Below are positions 1-9,174 of a DNA stretch of 64,000 bases, piece after piece. The position numbers were made by a program, and so were the translations under genes. The notes beneath the pieces were generated by a model that did no database searches, was not told where the DNA came from, and worked only from the letters and a program-made list of their open reading frames with translations. The DNA comes from a virus, in IMG/VR virus record IMGVR_UViG_3300021141_000706; one strand, given 5' to 3'. Positions within the stretch are counted from its first letter, which is position 1. Each line of letters opens with the position of its first letter.

Positions 1-1
1 G

Positions 2-277
2 AAAGTTTATTGTAAAAGAACTTGCTTTGAAAAGAATACAAATGCTTTTCCAGTAAATGGAAAAGAGTATGGTCAAGACTATGTTAAATGGGCTTGGGGT
101 AAGATATATGAATGTCACGAACCAAAAGATTATGAAAAATCGGCTACTTATTTAATAATAGAGTCTGAAGTAAAAGAATCTTGGTATCCAATAAGTGAGA
201 AGAATTTTAACAAACATTTTGAAACTTTAGAAGAAAATCGTAATAAGAAAATAGAAAAAATTTTAAAAAATGATTAA
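2..277 (+). CDS. 5'-truncated small hypothetical protein with C-terminal RxxKIxxIL tag
   Basis: Open frame from the window edge, KVYCKRT...WGKIYE...ENRNKKIEKILKND, TAA at 275-277; not in ORF track. Confidence 0.75.
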   Translation, partial: KVYCKRTCFEKNTNAFPVNGKEYGQDYVKWAWGKIYECHEPKDYEKSATYLIIESEVKESWYPISEKNFNKHFETLEENRNKKIEKILKND

Positions 278-779
278 AGAAATACCAAATTATTTAACCG
301 AACATGAATGTAGCATGTTGATTGGATTAGGAGAGTCTGGTCAATTAGATGCTGGTCGTGTATCTAATCATAAGTTGGCTTATAGAAAAGCCAGAGTTAC
401 TTGGTTAAAAACACAATCACCTTTAGTTGATAAAATTAAAAGTGATGTTGCTGAATTAACAGGATATCCAGTTGAAAATCAAGAAGATTTTCACTTTGTT
501 AAATATAACACTGATGGTGAATACAAAGTACACACTGATGGTAAAGATAGACCAAAAACTGCTTTAGTTTATTTAAATGATGGATTTGTTGGTGGTGAAA
601 CTGAGTTTCCAAAATTAAATACTATCATAAAGCCAGAAATTGGAAAGTTAGTGATATGGGACAATACTTTAGAAGATGGATCAAGTGATCCTAATAGTTT
701 ACATGCTGGATTGCCTGTAATTGTTGGTACTAAATACATTGGTGTTATTTGGATAAGAGGGGAAAAATATAAAAAATGA
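270..779 (+). CDS. 2OG-Fe(II) oxygenase, prolyl 4-hydroxylase-like
   Basis: HTD...H iron triad, YLND..GGETEFP, LHAGLPV..GTKY motifs. Confidence 0.85.
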   Translation: MIKEIPNYLTEHECSMLIGLGESGQLDAGRVSNHKLAYRKARVTWLKTQSPLVDKIKSDVAELTGYPVENQEDFHFVKYNTDGEYKVHTDGKDRPKTALVYLNDGFVGGETEFPKLNTIIKPEIGKLVIWDNTLEDGSSDPNSLHAGLPVIVGTKYIGVIWIRGEKYKK

Positions 780-1519
780 AATATTTATCAGATACAGAAA
801 TCCTTAACTGGAACAGAAGATTAGAAAGAAGTGATTACGCAGTTTATCCACTTTCCAATGTTAGATCAGGTCATCCTGACATCATCTTTAGACAAAAAAT
901 CAATAATGGTTATAGTCCTATGGGTGAACAACTTGTTGAAACAATTGATCCATTTATTCGATATGACTTTACATTCTCAGTAGCTTCTAACAGGAAAGAA
1001 ACATTTCATGACTTATTTGAAAAACTATCAAAAGATCCATTTGGTACTAAATCTATTTATAGAGATCAGAAAAGTGAGAAGATAATGGATATTACTTTTA
1101 ATGATACTGTTATTGAAAGTAAAGAAGTAAATACACACTTAGTTTTTGAAAAAGAGTATATTAGATTTACCATACATTTTGCTGGTAAGTTAGGATCTAT
1201 AATGGCTTATGTTTCTTATTTAGAAGATACTATTAATTTCTTCTCTGAGATTTGGGGTTATAATGAAGATGGTTCAGAAGTTTGTTTATTAAAATATCCA
1301 ATTGGTACAATTGTTTCTTTACCTAAAGATAAGTCTACTGATTATTTAGTTTTAGAATATAAGTATAGAAAATTAGATGATAAGTATTTTATCGATTTTA
1401 TTGCTAGTGAAATGTTAAATAATAAAGGTTCGGTTATAACTTATGGTGAGATTTATACATTTAGAGAATCAGAATTATGTTACAGTCGTAATTCAAGAAT
1501 TGATGATATTTTAAATTAA
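776..1519 (+). CDS. hypothetical protein with C-terminal tag
   Basis: 247 aa ORF with ATGA overlap; ends SRNSRIDDILN. Confidence 0.75.
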   Translation: MKYLSDTEILNWNRRLERSDYAVYPLSNVRSGHPDIIFRQKINNGYSPMGEQLVETIDPFIRYDFTFSVASNRKETFHDLFEKLSKDPFGTKSIYRDQKSEKIMDITFNDTVIESKEVNTHLVFEKEYIRFTIHFAGKLGSIMAYVSYLEDTINFFSEIWGYNEDGSEVCLLKYPIGTIVSLPKDKSTDYLVLEYKYRKLDDKYFIDFIASEMLNNKGSVITYGEIYTFRESELCYSRNSRIDDILN

Positions 1520-1527
1520 TAATTGAA

Positions 1528-2493
1528 ATGAAAGATTTAATAATAGTAACCGCCTATTGTAAAACTGAAGAGCAAGAAAGGTGTTTAGAAAAATGTATTG
1601 ATTCAGTAATTAAATCAGATGCTCACGTTGCTCTTATTTCACACTCACATGCTCCAATACATATTCAGAAAAAGTGTCAATATTATTTTTATGATTATCT
1701 AAATGATATTTCAGATGATTACAAACTACTGGGTTTAAAGTATTTCTCATTTAATAATAATGTTAATAATGTGATTCAATCTATATTTTTTGAAAAATAT
1801 TTTTATGGATTTGCCATTTATAGAATGTTTTCAATTGCTAGTCAAATAGCTATAAATTTTGGTTATCAAAATATTCATCATATTGAATATGACTGTGAGC
1901 TTTTAGATGTAAATCTTATAAACGAACACAGTAATTTACTTGAAGAATGTGATTCAGTAATTTATACAAACACTGGTAAAGAAGATGGTTTTCTTTATGG
2001 ATCATTCAAGTCATTTAAAGTTAGCTCACTTCCAGATAATTTCAAAAATTATAATCGTGAATTTATTAAAAATGAAATTTCAAAAATGAATCCAGCCGCT
2101 TTGGAGTTTTTAACAAAAAGAATTTTTATGAATTCCGGAAAAGTTTTATTTAAAAATACAAATGGATTGTATAATAGATTTAAGGGTGGTGAGCATTTTT
2201 ATAATAGAAATCTACACTATACTTTTTATTATAATCCTGATGACGGATCATTAAATTTATTTTATAAAGGTTTTGATTTTGAAGAAAAAATAACTGTTAT
2301 TGTTAATAAACAAAAAGTTATTAATTTGGATGTTAAACCAAATCATTGGTATGTAAGACCATTAGGTACATTTGATGAAATAGATAATGTTAGAATTGAT
2401 AACTCTGTTAAAATTTTATTTGAAAAGAATTTTGACCAAATCGAAAGAGAAATCTATAAAAATAAATCATTTATTTGTGAACAAAATAATTAA
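1528..2493 (+). CDS. hypothetical protein, possibly glycosyltransferase-like
   Basis: GT-A-like start (LIIVTAY...LEKCIDSV) and HIEYD acidic motif; sits in a glycan-related operon. Confidence 0.5.
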   Translation: MKDLIIVTAYCKTEEQERCLEKCIDSVIKSDAHVALISHSHAPIHIQKKCQYYFYDYLNDISDDYKLLGLKYFSFNNNVNNVIQSIFFEKYFYGFAIYRMFSIASQIAINFGYQNIHHIEYDCELLDVNLINEHSNLLEECDSVIYTNTGKEDGFLYGSFKSFKVSSLPDNFKNYNREFIKNEISKMNPAALEFLTKRIFMNSGKVLFKNTNGLYNRFKGGEHFYNRNLHYTFYYNPDDGSLNLFYKGFDFEEKITVIVNKQKVINLDVKPNHWYVRPLGTFDEIDNVRIDNSVKILFEKNFDQIEREIYKNKSFICEQNN

Positions 2494-3304
2494 TTTTACT
2501 CCAACTGGTACACAAACCACAAGAGATAATTCGTATGCTCCTTTGATTCCAAATGAGATAATTGAGTCTGTACATGAGGCTAATGAATTAGGTATATCTA
2601 TAGTTCATTTACACGCAAGAGATGAGATTACATTAGAGAATACTTATAAGAAAGAAGTATATCAAAAGATAATAGAGGGTATAAAAAAATATTGTCCTGA
2701 GTTATTGATTTGTGTTTCTTTAACGGGTAGAAATTTTCCTGAATTAGAGAAAAGATCAGAAGTGTTACAGTTACTACCTGATATGGGTTCACTAACTATG
2801 TCTTCTTTAAATTTTCCATCAGGTGCCTCAGTTAATCAACCTAATATGATTCTATCTTTGATAGATGAAATGAATAAATATGGAGTACAGCCAGAGATAG
2901 AATGTTTTGATACAGGTATGTTGAATTATACTAATTATCTTATATCAAAAGGTAAATTAAATCCACCGTATCACATTAATATAATCTTAGGTAATATATA
3001 CAACGGTCAGTGTGATTTAAGTAATTTATCATCGATTAAGACCAATCTACCATCTAATTCATATACTTGTTTAGGTGGTATAGGCTCTCAACAATTAAAT
3101 AGTAACTTATATGGTTTATTAGATTTTGATGGCGTTAGAATTGGACTTGAGGATAATTTATATCTTAAAGAAAAGAAAAAAACAACAAATAGTGAACTAT
3201 TAAAAAGATTACATAGAATAATGAATGAGTTAGATATAACTCATTATACATCAAAAGAATTAAAACAATTAGGATATGGAAACAAAATTATTAATAATAG
3301 GTAA
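2477..3304 (+). CDS. 3-keto-5-aminohexanoate cleavage (BKACE/DUF849) family protein
   Basis: FTPTG, SIVHLHARD, PEIECFD, GVRIGLEDN motifs; start moved to GTG at 2477. Confidence 0.85.
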   Translation: MNKIINFTPTGTQTTRDNSYAPLIPNEIIESVHEANELGISIVHLHARDEITLENTYKKEVYQKIIEGIKKYCPELLICVSLTGRNFPELEKRSEVLQLLPDMGSLTMSSLNFPSGASVNQPNMILSLIDEMNKYGVQPEIECFDTGMLNYTNYLISKGKLNPPYHINIILGNIYNGQCDLSNLSSIKTNLPSNSYTCLGGIGSQQLNSNLYGLLDFDGVRIGLEDNLYLKEKKKTTNSELLKRLHRIMNELDITHYTSKELKQLGYGNKIINNR

Positions 3305-3914
3305 AGGAGATAATATTATAACAATGATATTAGATAATTTATATTCTAATAAGAGTACACCAGAAATTCACATATACAATAATCTAAAACTTCCTATACT
3401 GAACACATTTGAACATGATGAATTTGATATAAAAGTATTAGAGGATTTAGACCTAAATGAATATGATAAAATGACTCTGGGTGTTTATCAACCTCAACAT
3501 AAAATAAAAATAATAGAATCATTAAAGCCTGATGTGAATAAATTTACTAATATTATACATAGTGGTTTAGATATATCTAAAATGAGTAAAATAGGAAGAG
3601 GAGTTTTAATCAATTCAAAAGTATCAATTGCTGCTCATACAACAATTGGTGATTTTGTTTCAATTAATAGACACGTTTCTATAGGACATCATACTATAAT
3701 AGAAGATTATTGCTCTATTAATCCAGGTGTTAATATTGCTGGAAATGTTGTAATAGGCGAAGGCACAACAATTGGAATGGGTACAAACATTCTTCATCAA
3801 GTTAAGATAGGTAAAAATTCAATTATTGGAGCTGGTTCAGTTGTTACAAAAGATATACCTGATAATGTTGTAGCATATGGATCACCGTGTAAAATAATCA
3901 GAAATATTATTTGA
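3276..3914 (+). CDS. NeuD/PglD-like sugar acyltransferase (hexapeptide repeats)
   Basis: Left-handed beta-helix repeats; IGAGSVVTKDIPDNVVAYGSPCK. Confidence 0.9.
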   Translation: METKLLIIGKGDNIITMILDNLYSNKSTPEIHIYNNLKLPILNTFEHDEFDIKVLEDLDLNEYDKMTLGVYQPQHKIKIIESLKPDVNKFTNIIHSGLDISKMSKIGRGVLINSKVSIAAHTTIGDFVSINRHVSIGHHTIIEDYCSINPGVNIAGNVVIGEGTTIGMGTNILHQVKIGKNSIIGAGSVVTKDIPDNVVAYGSPCKIIRNII

Positions 3915-3940
3915 CAATTCAAAAAGTTTTACTATCTTTG
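3910..3940 (+). promoter_or_regulatory. Bacteroidota sigma70-type (early) promoter for the tRNA-CUA operon
   Basis: TTTG-N19-TATCTTTG. Confidence 0.8.
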
Positions 3941-3951
3941 TAAAACAAATT

Positions 3952-4031
3952 GCGAGTAGAGTCTAATGCGGCGTGGAAGTCGCGGGCGCCTCTAAAACGT
4001 CTAACACCGGGTTCAAATCCTGCTACTCGCA
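3952..4031 (+). tRNA. tRNA-like gene with CUA (amber suppressor) anticodon and atypical fold
   Basis: GCGAGTAG/CTACTCGC acceptor stem, GGTTCAAATCC T-arm, CTCTAAA anticodon loop; no encoded CCA. Confidence 0.7.
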
Positions 4032-4044
4032 CTAATTTTTTATT

Positions 4045-4221
4045 ATGAAATATATTCTTGTTGCCCTATTATCTATTGCTCTTTTTTCTTGTAAAACACA
4101 AAAGACATCTTGTGATGCTTATTCCGTAAATCAAAGTGATACTACTTTTATCACACCCAATCATTATCATATAGAGTCAGAATATAAATGTGTTTGGTTG
4201 GATACGGCAGTTAGAAAATGA
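4045..4221 (+). CDS. small lipoprotein (58 aa)
   Basis: MKYILVALLSIALFSC signal with lipobox, then KTQKTSCDAY; below the ORF-track cutoff. Confidence 0.75.
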   Translation: MKYILVALLSIALFSCKTQKTSCDAYSVNQSDTTFITPNHYHIESEYKCVWLDTAVRK

Positions 4222-4508
4222 TAGTTCAAACTAAATTTCTTTGTAAAACAGGTAGCAGAACCGCACCGAGAGGTCCACTTGATGGTATTAAATGGCAAGA
4301 TAGATTCATTGAAGATAAGTGGTATGATGGTGAGTATGAAACTTGGTCTTGGGAAGATGGCTATAGAATAAATAGTGGATGGAGAAGATATTGGGTTATA
4401 AATGAACAAGGTGAGAAAGAAGAAATATCAAAACCAATGTTCAGATTACTTTTTGAAACTGATACACAACAATTAAGAGATAGAAAAATAGAAGACTTAA
4501 TAAAATAA
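4218..4508 (+). CDS. hypothetical protein with C-terminal tag
   Basis: Ends QLRDRKIEDLIK. Confidence 0.75.
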   Translation: MIVQTKFLCKTGSRTAPRGPLDGIKWQDRFIEDKWYDGEYETWSWEDGYRINSGWRRYWVINEQGEKEEISKPMFRLLFETDTQQLRDRKIEDLIK

Positions 4509-4514
4509 AATAAT

Positions 4515-4916
4515 ATGTACGATAACGAATCAACCAAAGAGAACCAAATTCATGTTTCAAATGAGTTTGTTGATATATTCTCAAACTTCAACGTTGTAAC
4601 ACAAGTTGAAAAAATGAAACAACTTACTAAGCGTGAGTTGTATTTACTTCTAACCGTTTGCTTAGATAAATTCTCTGATGAAGATCCTGTTGTTAAACAC
4701 AACTTACTTCCTTTCAAAGAAGAAATTATGAATATCTTTGATGTTCAAGATGATAAAGATGCTATTGACTCAGTGCTGATTGATTTAATCACTGAATCTG
4801 GTGATAAATACATTGAAACTGATAACATCGTTTATAATGACGACCAAAAGTTACCAGAGCCTTTAACCAAAGACCAAGTTCGTGATGCTAAAATTAATAT
4901 CATCAACGAGAACTAA
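4515..4916 (+). CDS. hypothetical protein with C-terminal tag
   Basis: Ends QVRDAKINIINEN. Confidence 0.75.
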   Translation: MYDNESTKENQIHVSNEFVDIFSNFNVVTQVEKMKQLTKRELYLLLTVCLDKFSDEDPVVKHNLLPFKEEIMNIFDVQDDKDAIDSVLIDLITESGDKYIETDNIVYNDDQKLPEPLTKDQVRDAKINIINEN

Positions 4917-4933
4917 TTCTAAATTATTTTTAC

Positions 4934-4941
4934 TATATTTG
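4934..4941 (+). promoter_or_regulatory. early promoter -7 element
   Basis: Intergenic TATATTTG upstream of 4960. Confidence 0.6.
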
Positions 4942-4959
4942 TAATCTAAATAAAAATTC

Positions 4960-6759
4960 ATGGAAGAAACATTAAATACTGAACAAGAAGTGAAACAACC
5001 TGTAATTGGTGAGTTCAAACCTAAGCGCAAGTTCTTAAACTTTGTATCGGCTGTAAACGGAGCAAGAATTCGTTTCATCCGTGATATCGCATTTGTAAAA
5101 GGCGAGAAACTATCTGGCACCTTAGAAGGTGTCGTTTTCAAAATCACAATCTGTGATGAAGGTACAATTAACTTTGAAGAAGTTGATACTACTGTAACTG
5201 ATGCGGCTCAACGTAAACGTCTTATTGATGATATTGATTCAACTGATGTTACAGGTTACGCTCAGAAATTTGTAGTTGCTGGTATTCAGTTTGCTGATGT
5301 TAATGGTGACCTTTGCTATCTTGAAGTAGAACAAATGAAACCAATTGATAAATTGAAATCTATCTTTGACGATGAAGAAACTCCTTCTTTGTCTAATAAA
5401 GGTATGAGTTTTCTTGATGATTTACTAAGTGGTTCTAATGAAGTTGAAACATTAGAATTGTCTGAAAAAGATGCTGAGATTTTTGTTGAAGCTATTGAAA
5501 ATCCACCATCACCAAATGAAAAATTAATCAAAGCTTCTGAGTCTTATTTGGAACAACAATTCCGTAAGATGAATGAAGATAAAATTAATGAGTTAAAAAA
5601 CCGCATTGAGGATGCTGAGAAAGAGTCTGCTCGTTTAAGAAGAGAGATCTCTATGAATGAAACTAAGTTGAAGAAACAAACAGAAGATTTAGGTGTATTA
5701 GAAACTCGTTTAGATAGTTTCAATGCTAATGATGAATCTACGGGTTATGTATTCTTCGTTTCGGAAGAACAAAAGCCAGAAGAAATTGGATTAACAGAAG
5801 ATAACAGAGCAATGGCTGATAAGATTGCGGATATCGTTGGTCTTAAAAAAGATGTTCTTTTCAAAATGTTAACAGAAGGTCACTACAAAATTCGTATTGC
5901 TGAGAAATCAGATATGACTGCTGAGAAAGTAAAAGTTACTAATGATATCTTAGAAAAGATGAAGGCTTTGGTTAATGGTGATAGTTCACTTGAAGCTAAA
6001 GTAACTATGACTGAACCAGGTCAGTTTGAGTATCGTGGTAGTATGACTTGGCATCAAATTGTTGGTAAGATGATTCGTAAAGGATTTGAACAAGAGCCAG
6101 AGTTTGATAAGATTTGTCAATCTAACTCTTACGATTCTAAAGAAGAGGTTAAAGATGAAATGTCTGATATGAAATCAGACATTCAAAAAATGGCTGATGG
6201 TTTAGGTCTTGGTAAAGTTGATTTTGGTAAAGACGGAATTTCAGTAGAAGGTGAGACAAAAACACCTTCAATTGAGATTAAATCAAAAACTGTAAGAACA
6301 TACAAAGAAGAAACTACATTAGTAGTTGTAGGTACAATCGACCACGAGGATAACCGTGATGTTGAAATCACTGACGACTATACCGGATTTGAAGTTTATG
6401 TTGGTAATAAAAAGATGAAGGGTGGTTATGAGTCCGATGGATTTATTTCAATTATGACTTTAACAGAGTTTGCTAAATGGCAAAAACAATACCCAGATGC
6501 TATGACTGATGGTGGTGGTATAGGTTCATTCTTATTACCTAACTTCAAAGGAACTATTGGAGTAACTGCTATGTATGATGTAGGTGAATTCACAAATGAA
6601 TTTGATTTGGATGATTACATTCTACACCAAGATGGAATGGAAGATGCTTATGTGTCCTTGACTCTACCAGAAGGAACTCAAATTATGAAGATGGATGATT
6701 ATCATCAAGTTCCAGTTGCCGCAATGAGAGATATTAAAATCAATAAAATAATTAAGTAA
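4960..6759 (+). CDS. hypothetical coiled-coil protein with C-terminal tag
   Basis: 599 aa, central heptad region; ends AMRDIKINKIIK. Confidence 0.8.
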   Translation: MEETLNTEQEVKQPVIGEFKPKRKFLNFVSAVNGARIRFIRDIAFVKGEKLSGTLEGVVFKITICDEGTINFEEVDTTVTDAAQRKRLIDDIDSTDVTGYAQKFVVAGIQFADVNGDLCYLEVEQMKPIDKLKSIFDDEETPSLSNKGMSFLDDLLSGSNEVETLELSEKDAEIFVEAIENPPSPNEKLIKASESYLEQQFRKMNEDKINELKNRIEDAEKESARLRREISMNETKLKKQTEDLGVLETRLDSFNANDESTGYVFFVSEEQKPEEIGLTEDNRAMADKIADIVGLKKDVLFKMLTEGHYKIRIAEKSDMTAEKVKVTNDILEKMKALVNGDSSLEAKVTMTEPGQFEYRGSMTWHQIVGKMIRKGFEQEPEFDKICQSNSYDSKEEVKDEMSDMKSDIQKMADGLGLGKVDFGKDGISVEGETKTPSIEIKSKTVRTYKEETTLVVVGTIDHEDNRDVEITDDYTGFEVYVGNKKMKGGYESDGFISIMTLTEFAKWQKQYPDAMTDGGGIGSFLLPNFKGTIGVTAMYDVGEFTNEFDLDDYILHQDGMEDAYVSLTLPEGTQIMKMDDYHQVPVAAMRDIKINKIIK

Positions 6760-7229
6760 TGACTAATATAAAGAAATTAAAGTACAAGTATTTACGTCTA
6801 AGAGTTAAATGGCGTAATTTTAGAAATTCGATCGATGATAAAATGGTCGCTGAGAAATCTAAACTAACCCCATATGAAGAAAAAGCCATTAGACTTTGGA
6901 AGATTCTTCTAAGAGACGAAGACACTAAAATGTCGTATAATACTTACGGTGTTCGTCAAATTGAAAAGAATAATGTATTTATGACTTTTCAATCTGGCGG
7001 TAATAACGATTATATAATGACACTTATTGACATCACTGATGAAAGAAGAAGTTTATATGAGTTACATATTCCACTTAAACACGCTGATGTTGTATCAGAT
7101 CACTTTGACTATGAGTTAGAGAAAAGAATGAAAAGAGCTGAGACTAATAAAAGAGCAATTATTGAAACAGATATTGATAAGTTATTAGAACAAGAAGAGA
7201 AAATTCTTTTAAGTAGAATAAAGAAATAA
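6759..7229 (+). CDS. hypothetical protein
   Basis: 156 aa ORF, TAATG coupling to upstream gene. Confidence 0.75.
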   Translation: MTNIKKLKYKYLRLRVKWRNFRNSIDDKMVAEKSKLTPYEEKAIRLWKILLRDEDTKMSYNTYGVRQIEKNNVFMTFQSGGNNDYIMTLIDITDERRSLYELHIPLKHADVVSDHFDYELEKRMKRAETNKRAIIETDIDKLLEQEEKILLSRIKK

Positions 7230-7260
7230 TTTGCCAATTAAAAATAAATACATATCTTTG
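7230..7260 (+). promoter_or_regulatory. early promoter
   Basis: TTTG-N19-TATCTTTG. Confidence 0.8.
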
Positions 7261-7282
7261 TAAAAAGAAATAAATAATAACT

Positions 7283-8848
7283 ATGGTATTAAAGAATATA
7301 CACGAAAAACTATTATCAGGTATCCAGACGATGTTGATTGATACTAAGATTAACCTACCTTACTACGGTGAGTTTAACTTACATATTAACTTCATAGAGC
7401 AAGACTCTGTTGGTACTTGTGGTGTCAACGTATCGTCTAAGGGTATGAACTTTTTCTACTCTCCAAAGTTCTTGGAAGATATGTCACAAAAAGAAGTGAA
7501 TTTCATTACTCTTCACGAGGATTTCCACTTATTGTTTAATCACCCAAAACGTACAGTTACTGGTCAATACGACCATAAGATGTCTAACATCGCCCAAGAT
7601 ATGATTATCAATCACGTTATCTGGGAAGATATTCCACACGCTTTCGTTGAAATTCCTAAGAACAAAGATGGTAAGAATATGGCTTTATTCGTTCCGAAAG
7701 AGTACACTGGTAAACTTATCTTTGAAGAGTTGTACGAGTGGTTGAAAGACGAGAAAGAAAAATGGCAGAAAGAGCAAAAGAAAAACTCTGAATGTAAATC
7801 TTGTGGTGGTTCTGGTAAGAAAGACCAAGGTCAAGGTCAACAAGACCAAAAACAAAAAGGTCAAGGTCAACAACCAGGTGATGGTCAAGGCGAAGGCGAG
7901 AAACAAGAAGGTCAAGGCAAAGGTCAACAACCAGGCGAAGGTCAAGGTCAAGGTGAAAGCCAAGACAAACAAGACGGTCAAGGAAAAGGCGAAGGTCAAG
8001 GTCAACAAGGTGGTGGTTCTGGTGAAGGTGAAAGTTGTCCAGACTGTCAAGGTACTGGTAACGAAGGTGGTAAAGACTCAAGTGGTAAACCATCTTACGG
8101 ACCTTACGGAAAGAACCCATCTAAAGATGGTGAGTCTTTAGATACTTGGTCTAAAGAGCAAATCTTCCAAGATATGGAAAATGGTAACGGAGAATACATG
8201 GACAAACACATGGGAGACGATGTTCCAGAAGAAATGCGTGAAGCAATGGTTAAAGACGTTATGGAGCGTTTAGCGGCTCGTGGTTTATCTGCGGGTAATG
8301 TTGAGACTACTCTTAACAAACTTCGTAAGAAACGTAAAGATTATCTTCGTGAAATCAAACGTGCTGTATCAAATATGATTTTCGGTACTGTAAAACAAAA
8401 AACGATTGTTAAACCTAACCGTAGACAAATCGCTGGTTTGAAAGGTAACCGTAAAGTTAAAAACAAAATCAATTGTATCTTAGATACATCTGGTTCAATG
8501 GGTGGTACTTTTGAAAGAGTTCTTTCTTACATCTACCGTAATGATATTGAAATCAACTTGATTGAGGCTGATACTGAAGTTAAGTGGATTGAGAACATCA
8601 AGAACAAACGCAAGTTGGAAACAATGGTGATTAAAGGTCTTGGTGGTACTATCTTACAACCTGCTATCGACTTGGTAGCTGACCAGTTCAATGAGTTCAA
8701 CACTGTTGTCTTAACAGACGGATATTGTGACTCTCTTGACTTGTCAAAAATCAAAGGCAAAGTATTAATGGTTTCAATTGGAGTGAAAGTTCCAATCTCA
8801 AGAAGTAATGGTAAGGTAAAACAAATTATGGTTGAGAAAGAAAGCTAA
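7283..8848 (+). CDS. DUF2201-like metallopeptidase-VWA protein (typical MoxR partner)
   Basis: HEDFH (HExxH), NIAQDMIIN, MIDAS DTSGSM, GLGGT, VLTDG; GQ-rich linker. Confidence 0.85.
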   Translation: MVLKNIHEKLLSGIQTMLIDTKINLPYYGEFNLHINFIEQDSVGTCGVNVSSKGMNFFYSPKFLEDMSQKEVNFITLHEDFHLLFNHPKRTVTGQYDHKMSNIAQDMIINHVIWEDIPHAFVEIPKNKDGKNMALFVPKEYTGKLIFEELYEWLKDEKEKWQKEQKKNSECKSCGGSGKKDQGQGQQDQKQKGQGQQPGDGQGEGEKQEGQGKGQQPGEGQGQGESQDKQDGQGKGEGQGQQGGGSGEGESCPDCQGTGNEGGKDSSGKPSYGPYGKNPSKDGESLDTWSKEQIFQDMENGNGEYMDKHMGDDVPEEMREAMVKDVMERLAARGLSAGNVETTLNKLRKKRKDYLREIKRAVSNMIFGTVKQKTIVKPNRRQIAGLKGNRKVKNKINCILDTSGSMGGTFERVLSYIYRNDIEINLIEADTEVKWIENIKNKRKLETMVIKGLGGTILQPAIDLVADQFNEFNTVVLTDGYCDSLDLSKIKGKVLMVSIGVKVPISRSNGKVKQIMVEKES

Positions 8849-8853
8849 AAAAG

Positions 8854-8874
8854 AGTCCCGAAAGGGACTTTTTT
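8854..8874 (+). terminator. intrinsic terminator
   Basis: AGTCCC-GAAA-GGGACT followed by a T run. Confidence 0.85.
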
Positions 8875-8891
8875 ATTTTAAAAACTTTCCG

Positions 8892-8899
8892 TATATTTG
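8892..8899 (+). promoter_or_regulatory. early promoter -7 element
   Basis: TATATTTG ending 5 nt before ATG 8904. Confidence 0.65.
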
Positions 8900-8903
8900 T
8901 CAA

Positions 8904-9170
8904 ATGACTGAATGTGATATTTGGATAAAAGTATTTGATAAATTGGGATTTAAGTTTATAGAAGAATATTCCTCTCAAAGTAAGATAAACTTTTTAGTTT
9001 ATCGCAATGATGATGGTGACTATAACTTATACTTTAATAGAGAAACCGATGAAGTTTTATCTTTATTTATCAGAAATAGTAAAACTGAAAATCAAACTAC
9101 TAAACAGTTATTTATAGAAGAAAATAAAAATCTATTCAGGGATGTAAAACTTGAATTAATGAATATATAA
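8904..9170 (+). CDS. hypothetical protein with C-terminal tag
   Basis: Start moved to ATG 8904 (after terminator and promoter); ends LFRDVKLELMNI. Confidence 0.7.
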   Translation: MTECDIWIKVFDKLGFKFIEEYSSQSKINFLVYRNDDGDYNLYFNRETDEVLSLFIRNSKTENQTTKQLFIEENKNLFRDVKLELMNI

Positions 9171-9174
9171 TAAG

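Noticed and set aside
4032-4044. HDV-like theta ribozyme after the suppressor tRNA
   Set aside because: The trailer is 13 AT-rich nt before the next ATG, with no room or pairing; the other tRNA trailers are similar.
7685-8141. Alternative-frame ORFs over the GQ tract
   Set aside because: Shadow ORFs produced by low-complexity repeats inside the VWA gene.
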